Below the pieces are notes generated by a model. The model worked only from the letters and a program-made list of their open reading frames with translations. It was not told the DNA's origin and searched no databases. 64,000 nucleotides of DNA from Lingula anatina. Its lineage: Eukaryota; Animalia; Brachiopoda. Of the stretch, positions 38,401 through 59,193 are shown in pieces (within the stretch, counting starts at the first letter, position 1; each line of letters opens with the position of its first letter). The stretch lies in contig CM120649.1 in assembly GCA_051362555.1 (NCBI GenBank), positions 1,116,001 to 1,180,000 on the forward strand. The letters are read 5' to 3'. Made by a program: the position numbers and the translations under genes.

Positions 38401-41400
38401 AAGCTGGTCGTGGTGATTTTCAAAATTAACCTGTACTAATATACAAGGTCACTCAGCAAATTTGAAGAAAAAACAAAAAAATATTTTCGTATTTTGCCAA
38501 AATACACGAAAAAATTAAAAAAAAAAACTAGGGGTCTGGCAATTATTCCATGGAGCCATGATTTAATCAGTTTAATGGTGTGCGTGGAGACGGAAAGACC
38601 GTCAGCGGATAAGTTGCGTCTTCTTTATTGTAGGGTCAGCCAGGTTTGATCCGTGGTTCACTTGATCCTTGGATCTTCTGTTCTGAATGAGCTATATGAA
38701 GAACAACAACGCGGGAGCCCTTTATTTAACCCTCTTTATTGCACATCACAAATGATGCTTTCTTTATTTACAATATGCCAACATTCCAAGTGCCCTCCCT
38801 TCAACAAAGTAAACAAAAATAACCGACAACAGAAAAGTATTTTTAAAAAAAACCTGCCAACAGAATCCAAATTACAATTCTGAAGTGGTTGTAGAATTCA
38901 ACCAACATATCTAGGATGGACTTGCATATGCCCACATCCATCAACGCAAACCACAATTATTGACTAAACTGACCTTGACGTATCAAATGTAAAACTGACA
39001 AACACTGCTTAACAAAAGCAAACTAAAATTAACTACCACAATAATTCGCAAATAAATCCTAACATATTAAAATACATTTGTTATTGGCATAACAAGCATT
39101 CAAGATATTGGTAACAGTTTTACTGAGAGCATTTTAGTCTTGAGAAGGTTTACATAATGACTGCAAGGTTCCTTAAATATAAAAACCACCCACTTCGAAG
39201 AAAACACTTGGTAAAACGGCAATTTTAATTTGTACCCAAAACCTTTGTGCAACACATGCTGCAGTGAGTTAACAATGACATTTAACTTGTGGTTACACCC
39301 TTTCCAAGATTTTAATCTCATTTCTTATCGGCCAAATATAACTGTTAATGGACCTGTGATATTATCATTCTTTCTCACTTTACAGACGAAAAAAAATTGC
39401 ATACAAAACGTACGGACAGCTTCATGTTTAACTGGAGGGAGAGAAAAAGTTAAGGGTGAACTTATGCTTTTCAAAATGCAATAGGACAGACGTGTTTCCA
39501 TTAAATTTGTGAAATTAAGTACACAAGCGTAGAAATACAAAAGGAAATGTTTGAGCAAAATAATTAAAAATTTTTGTTTAATTTTTAGATTTAATCCCTT
39601 TCCCCTTAAAGTAAATGTTTATGGAGCAACCTTAGCCTATCTAGATTGTTTACCAGTTAAGAACTTTACTAAAAAAAATAAATAAAACTATTACAAACTC
39701 TTCTGAAAATGCCCACAGTATTCCTACACTACACCAGTTTTGCAACATAAATTCTAAATAACTTAAGAAATGTATGTATCTAAGTGGTTATTTTACCCCT
39801 TGGATTCATCTCCAAGACTTTGCAACATGGCACATTTAGCAAAACATGATACCAAAAATTAAGCACTTGATTGACATTTGTTGCAGTATTTCTAACATAT
39901 TTGTTCAAAATACAGTGCACACAGCAAGCAAAGCCCTCTCTTGCTTATTTTACCTCCCCTTTGCTTATTTTGAGTCGGCAATGATCCCAATTTTCCACTC
40001 GGAATTTCAGTTTGTATTGCAGGCTACCATTGCCATTTTTGCCTTGAAGCCAGGTGAAATCTCAAAACAAGCACTCCACATTTCACAATGCTAAACTATT
40101 TTAAGTCAGCAATGACAACGGACGCCACAATCACAATTTTCCACTCGTAATTTCAGTCCATATAGCAGGCTATTACTGCTAATCTATCCTACAAAGGCCT
40201 TGAAAGTCAGGGAGGAAATCTCAAAACAAGCATTACAAAGATCACAATGCTAAACCCACCAGGCTAATATCAGCAATTTACAAGAAGATATTGTATTAAG
40301 TTAAAGCCCCCAATGTACAGATCCACATATACAGATATTTACAAAGAAATTACGTACCACCCTCTTTTACCTCTCAGTTCAATATATTTTGTACAATTTA
40401 ATTAAGGAATGAAGTAGTGCAGAAGAAGTGGTAAGCTTAGATTAACTTGAAAGCTGGAAATATACCACAATTCTAACCTCAATTTAATGCCAATCCCACA
40501 TCAAATGTTCAAATATTTAAAGCGTCTCATTTAAGCCTAGTTGAAAGAAATAACTAAGGACTCTTTCAATTGTATACTACACTACATTAAAATAAAATGT
40601 CTTCAGATATGAAGTTCTACTTTCGTTGATCAGGAGTCCAAAAACAAAACAAAAAAAAAATTAAACCCTAACTCCCCTTTTTGAAAAAGGACCTTTCCCC
40701 AGTACTACCAGCTGAGGAAAGTCTTTTTTAAACCACACTATACATACTTCACAACCTCTCCTAATTTACCCCCAGAGAAGAAAAAAAAAAAACAAACTAG
40801 CAGGATCAGGTTTCCTAAAAAATATGAAGGACTGCTTCTATTATTCTACCCTGTACCACCTAGGTGGCTCTACTTGGGAAATAAGAGATATCCAAAAATA
40901 AGACAAAACTTTGTCTTTAGCAAGATCTCCTCAATGAATAAAGCATTTGATTAGGTAGAAAACTTTACAGAGCTTGGCAAAAGTTAATTCCCAAAACAAA
41001 CTATTTACACCAGTGACTGTGTGACATTCAAAGAGATGTTAACACCTCAGAATGTTTCAAGTTCAAGGTCACCGTGACAGCCTCAGAGTTCAAGGTCACT
41101 GCAATGTCAGAGACCAAGGTCACTGTGATAGTGTCAGAGTTCAAGGTCGCTGCCATAAGAATCTGCAGAGTAAATATTGGTAAAGCAAGATTTCAGAAGG
41201 TAAAAGAACACCAAATTATCCATGATTTTTTGGGGGTACAGGCAGACAAAGCAGTTTGCATTTGGTCCATCACAATGCCGCTTCAGAGTCGAACAAATTA
41301 TTATATGTTTATCATGTTTGGATGAGACGCTTAAAGTGGTCTGAACAGGTCACTGCCTTGGAGTCCGTCTTTTGGCCTTGACCATCCAAATGACCTCTGA

Positions 41401-41402
41401 CC

Positions 41403-53054
<11,652 letters not shown>

Positions 53055-53174
53055 CTTCGGTGTATTATCTATTTTTATTCCCGTGGACTACTGCTTAATA
53101 CCTCGTGATTACTTGATTACGACTGCAGTGCAGTTAAATTTTCGTCATGTAGGCCAGTGCCAGGTAGTCAAGTC

Positions 53175-53195
53175 AATATGGCGGCTTCCACGTCA
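53175..53195. promoter_or_regulatory. Putative TM9SF2 promoter motifs: YY1-like AATATGGCGG and UPRE/CREB3-XBP1-type CCACGTCA
   Basis: Motifs at 53175-53184 and 53188-53195, about 120-140 bp upstream of the ATG; motif match only. Confidence 0.45.
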
Positions 53196-54047
53196 GCTGG
53201 GCATGCTGGGATTGCAAGACAAGACCAATTCTTGGTAAAATGCATGAGTAATTTCTCATTAGTGCTTATATAAAAGAACTGCGGTTTACTTTATAGTTGT
53301 CGATATTGGTATAGCATGATTATTCTGAATGTCTGGAGTACTGTTCTTCTAAATTAATTTCAAAAACAAAAGCTCTGATACTTAATTTCTTTATAAATAA
53401 ATTTATTGAGCAATGGCTAGCTCTGGTACTATTTGTTTAATATTTCATTTTTTTTTTACTTTTACACACATGTACTGTACAAAATGTCAGAAATAGGGCA
53501 ACTGTGAATAAAAACACAAAGCATTAGCTGCAACCTGTATATTCATGTTTATTTTAATCTATATGAGGTATGCAACTTATTTCTTGGACCTTTTAAAATG
53601 GGTTTAAGCTAATTTTAATTGTGCTTTACATATTGCATGCAATAATATGTGCTCTGCACATCATTTGCTTCACATACGTGCAATAAAATAAGTCCCAATT
53701 ATCAACAAATGCAAAAAAGCAAGTTGTACATTTTATTCGATGACACTTGGATAAATAAGACGCTCTGTTACTGGCCTTTTGTCTTACATGATTCGCACGT
53801 ACATCATGTAAGTATTCACTTTTAGAAAAAGTATTAAAGCAACCTTGAGACAATAACTTAAACATTGAAAAACAATAATAACAACAATGATTATAAAAAT
53901 TACCATAACAAATCGTCTGTTTTAAGACGGATAATTTAAATTCCACCAACTCCATTACAGTAACTACATATGCATCAGAAAACGCATGCTGTCTACTATT
54001 CAGTACGTATGTGGCCAATAATTAACTTCAAGCAAAATGAAAGGATA

Positions 54048-54223
54048 CAGGGGCAGATTGAAGCCATCTTCCGGGTCTTCAGGAAGACAGTCAGATTTTC
54101 AAGTTTACATTGACGTGTATCTTTTTTTTTTTTTTTTTTTTGTCAGAAGATGGTCAAAAAAGGAGGATGGATCAACAAATATAATTTGGAAGACTGTCAG
54201 AAAAGAACTCTGGTTCTGCCCCT
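54048..54223. mobile_element. MITE family C copy
   Basis: caggggcaga...tctgcccctg TIR. Confidence 0.8.
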
Positions 54224-55012
54224 GAGATGAGTTTTTAATATTTTCTCAGCAGTACCTCTATCTATCCTTATGCTCTGGCGAGTCCATACTCCCTTTCTTT
54301 TTTATATCCTACCAACCCCGCTGTGAAAATAATATTAATATATGTTTCTTGTGAAAATGTCAACTTACAAAAAAATAAAAAAACAGTTTGTGGCCTAAGT
54401 GCATGTAGTTGATCCTAAAATGCTCATAAATGCTGTTGTCATTCTGTACTAAAAAGCAAAGCCTGCATGAAAGACTAAAGAACTCAAAAGCAAAAGCTGT
54501 TTAAAACACAAGCTGTACCTGTGCCTTGCAGTTTTTATAAAAATAACAAAAAAAATAACAAACAAATAAATAAATAAATAAATAAATAAATAAGATAGCA
54601 GTGAGATATTCAAACTCCCACCAGGGGACAGCACCATTCAAAACTCCAAGTTTAATGTCATGTCTTAGATTGCTGCACTGGTCTTGAAGATAAGTCACAA
54701 AAAAGGCTACTTTATTTTACAACTTTTTTTCTCAATGCAACTAAGTTTGTAAAAGTAATATATTTTCTTATTCCTGTGTCACTTAAAAAAAAAAATTCAT
54801 CATACAATACAAAAAAGCATGTTGGTCAAACATGTTTTTTTAATTTCTTTTGTTCAAATGTTTTTTTTTTATTTCAAAAATTTAGCTTGATTATATCAAC
54901 AACAACATTTAATTTTTTTTGTTTGTTTTTACAGTCCCAGGTTGGAACATTGTACGAAAGCTGTGCACTGTGCCCTTTTCTTCATCAAATCTCCCTCCTT
55001 TTCTAAAGAATT

Positions 55013-55066
55013 TCAAGTGCTTCCATGGACAGAAGATGGTTCATCAAAGAAAAACTGCAGTGAAAC
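55013..55066 (-). CDS. PDZ/IL-1-like coding exon 10 (stop)
   Basis: tttcag|VSLQFFFDEPSSVHGST*. Confidence 0.75.
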   Translation of the reverse strand, partial: VSLQFFFDEPSSVHGST

Positions 55067-56482
55067 CTGAAAAACAAAATCAATTATTCAATAGGCCTGT
55101 TTAATCCCAATAAATAAGATTTCAGAGATCAAAAAACAACTTTAATAATGCAATCACACCTTGAATTTATTATCATAAAATGACAAAAAAAAATCATAAA
55201 CTAATTATAACAATATTGGGGGTCATGGGCAGATGATGGCCATGTTAAGGGTCTTCCCGAAGACAGTCAGAATATTTCAAGTTTATCTTAACAGACATCT
55301 AATTTTTTCTGTAGGAAGACAGTCAAATATTGAGGATGGATCAACAAAGATAAATGGAATACTGTCAGAAAATATCTCTAAATCCATCCCTGGGAGTGGC
55401 AGCAAGCATTCCCCTCCAGTAATAACAAACTGAAAATTTCCATCCATTTAAACTATTTTGGGTGTACACCAGCAGCCATTGAGAAGAACTAAAAAATGCA
55501 AGTATATGTATGGTTACAATTTTTAAAAAATGGCATAGCTTAATTGTTACACATTTCACCTCATGATCATCTACAAAGTCTCTTGGATCGTCCTCACTGC
55601 TGCGTCTTTTCTCTTTGAGGAACACTTTTCCTTCATCAGTGACTGCAACATAGTGATCTGAAAGGAATGGGTTGGATCAATTAAGCAATAGAAAAACAAG
55701 CAAAAGAGATTAACTGTCTATCTTTTACTTTTCAGTGAAAAAATTCAGTAACTTGGCAATACCAAGTTTTAAAAAAATTAGAATTGCACTAGTACTGGTA
55801 GTAAAAAGAAAATTATTTCAGGTTGCAAAAGAAGGCTCATACTTGCAGGGAAAGGTAATAAAATTTTCTTTGGACTGAATTTGCCAAAAATTTAGTCTTG
55901 AAAATGTGGTCAGACTGAAACTTAAATGAATGGAAATCGTGAAGTTGGCATTGGACAATAAATGCTCAAAAGTAAACATGCAATGTTCATCAGTTTCAAT
56001 GGAAAATATCACACAAAACAGGACATTTTAAATTTAAAGTCTTACTGGTAGGCCCTATTCAGAATAGGGGACTTAATACAGTAGTCCGAGGGTAAAATAT
56101 GACCCCCCCCCCATTTTAAATACTTCCCTTCGGGATATCTATTCAGTGTCTATTAGTGGATTAGACAGCAGTTTGTAGTGGGCTGCCATATTTGATCCTC
56201 GGACTAGTTAGTCCCCTATTCTGAATGGAGCCTTAGTCTTGTTCAACATGCAATAACTCCATCATGGCCACCAATAAATCTTTGTGCAAATGGGACTCTC
56301 CATGGCTCTTATGTTTCAATACTTGATTGACTGGTTGCAATCTATACTCACCAGGTTGAATCAATGATTCCAAGTAGACAGAATGGTTGGGGCCTTTGTG
56401 TTGCTTGAAAAGTTTGGGATCTGGTTTCTTGATGCAATTGTTCTTGACTCTGTATGCAGGGGTGGCCTAGAGTAATAAATTA

Positions 56483-56522
<40 letters not shown>

Positions 56523-59140
56523 CAAATTTGCAACCTGAGGATTGGATAAATACATTATTTGCATCATAGTGGAATAAAATCACTAATGAATAAGAATAAA
56601 GGCACGTGTGAACAAATTTAAAACAAAATAATTAAAATGCAAGGTTAAAAAATTAAATAAAAGTCTTTCAGTCAATTTTGGAACTAGTATATCCCACTGG
56701 TTAAAATAAATTATTACACTGGCCATGTTTGAGGATATCATTTTTTTTAATTACCCACCATATTAGTCTTGGTCATCAAAATCAAACTATGAATTTCTAC
56801 TGAATATTTAATCTATTAACAAAATGAATCATCAAACAATTGAATTTTTTTCCTTCTGAATCAACAGTTTATCACTTGAATAATATCTGTTTTGTACAAT
56901 TTGTTCATATGTATATGTATATGTTTGTGTGCATCCAGGCATGTATATGTGTGTGCACGCATGAGTGTTCTTGTGTGTGCATACGAGCTTGCAAGTATTC
57001 TTTCCTATGGACATATTTCAGTAAATCAGTGTGTGTGTGTGTGTGTGTGTGTGTGCATGCACATGTGCCCGCACACTTTCAGATGTTCTTTCATACATTT
57101 TCTAGTGTCACTATATATACTAGTATCCGTATGAGTACATATACAGTTTACGTATCATCATACCTGCACCCCAACACTTGATGAACTGAGTACAGTCACA
57201 AATCTGTTCTTCTTCAGATTTCCTATCTGACATAAGTACACAGTTTCCCCGGCGTCTTTGGGGTCCTGATCAGTGCCATTGAAGAACATCATATAAAAGC
57301 GAACTGAAAAAAAAAAAGCATTCACTAATTTTTTGTCCTCCAAATCTGAATCTTGTAGTAACATAACCTTTTAAAAAAAGAGGTGCATGACCTTAAAAAA
57401 TATGATTCTTCCTATTTCCATCAGGAACGTCAGTAGACTGTACAAAATCCATTGTATACCTTGTGATACTAATTTCAATTAATTTCAATTTGTTTTAAGC
57501 GTTAAGTCGAGTTCCCAGTCAAGCCGAGTCTGCCAAGCTCACTACCACCCATTTCAGCTGTTAGATTCAGATCAGCTTGCACTAGTAAGGTGATCTAAAC
57601 ATCTTGCGTTGCCTTACCTCAAATACAAGTAATGGGCGGGAAGCAGAGGGATAAGATTGGCTGTATTGCATATGGTGAGCTAATCATGGTAATACAGATG
57701 GGTGGGCTATGCTGGGTTGGTCTGACCTAACCAGACTGGAAACGCAACTTAAGCCTACCCTCTACCAGGACCACGGATTGATTTTTCATTTGATATTCAC
57801 AGGTATGTCTGTAGATATATAGACGGCCATTTTGTTCTCTGTGTCCCAATACAGAAGAGTACACATATTTCCACAGGCCTAGCTGGGAGAGGGTAACTTA
57901 AGCCAGTCCTGATATACCAGGGCAGTCATACATTTAAATAGATAAAAAAAATTAAGAGTAAACAAATTTTACACTCACAATTCTCATCACGACTGTTTAA
58001 AGAATCAACCACAAGATTTCCACCTTCAAATTTCAGGCAGTGATTTCCGTATCCAGTATGTATGTACACCCACTTGCAGGATATTTCATAATGCTTAATG
58101 TCTGTGATGTATGTTCCTTTGTCAAAGTAGCGTTTCCTTTCTACGGTTATGTCAAGGTCCAAGCTCTCATCATCTAAAAGAAATTATTCAAAATTTCACT
58201 TTATTTTTTCATATAGGCTCAGTAGTTAATAGGAAATTCCAGATCATATTCTAATACCTGTGTTAATTTATCACTTAAGATATTCAGAAAAGTAAATGTT
58301 TTAAATGGAGTTAGGCACAATAAGTTTTCAATGATTACCATTAAAATCCTGAAAAATTAAGATCTACTTTTAAAAATTACATTACTTTCACCATAACGGA
58401 TACAGCATAAGTAGAAATATGTTTTTTTTTCATCATACCATTTACAATCAGTTTGAATGTCACGTTCCAGAAATCCCACTTTTTTCTACCCTTTGCTATC
58501 AATGGCCTTTTAACAGTCTGGAATACAACAGTAAAACAGGATATGTACAAAGAACTTTTTTCAGTATATACATAGCTGGGAGGGGTGTCAAAAGAAAGCC
58601 CTTCAAGGAACTGGAAATGTTGCCATGCTGCAAAATTTCAACCAGGTTTAAAGCATAAGAAGAAGAAATTTAAAGTGTCAAAGGCCACATTCAAAACAGT
58701 GGACTAACTAGTCCGAGGGTCAAATATGGCCGTCTCACTTGAATACTTTCCCATGGTAAATCTCAGGGCTGTAGCCTGAGCAAGGGGGGAAAGGTGTGGG
58801 AGGGGGTTGTCCCCCTCCCACGGTGTGGAAAATTTTTAGAAACTGTATGTATAATACTGCATTCTGGTGCATTTTAACTGTTATTTATTGCTCAATCAGA
58901 AGTCAGAAATTGTGGGTTCATTTTGCCATAAGTACAGTCATTTTTTCAACACAACATGCCAATTGGACTTCATTTCGTAGATTGTCTCAGGATCAGGAAC
59001 AACGTTTCTTCCTCTGTGGACAAGCAAGAGAGCCAATTCGCTAAGGCGTTCCTCTGCCATGCTTGTGCGTGTCCACAGTTTCAGACGACCTTTGCGATTA
59101 TTATTTTTTTTTGCACCTCAGATCCCAGGGGGGGCAGCTG

Positions 59141-59193
<53 letters not shown>

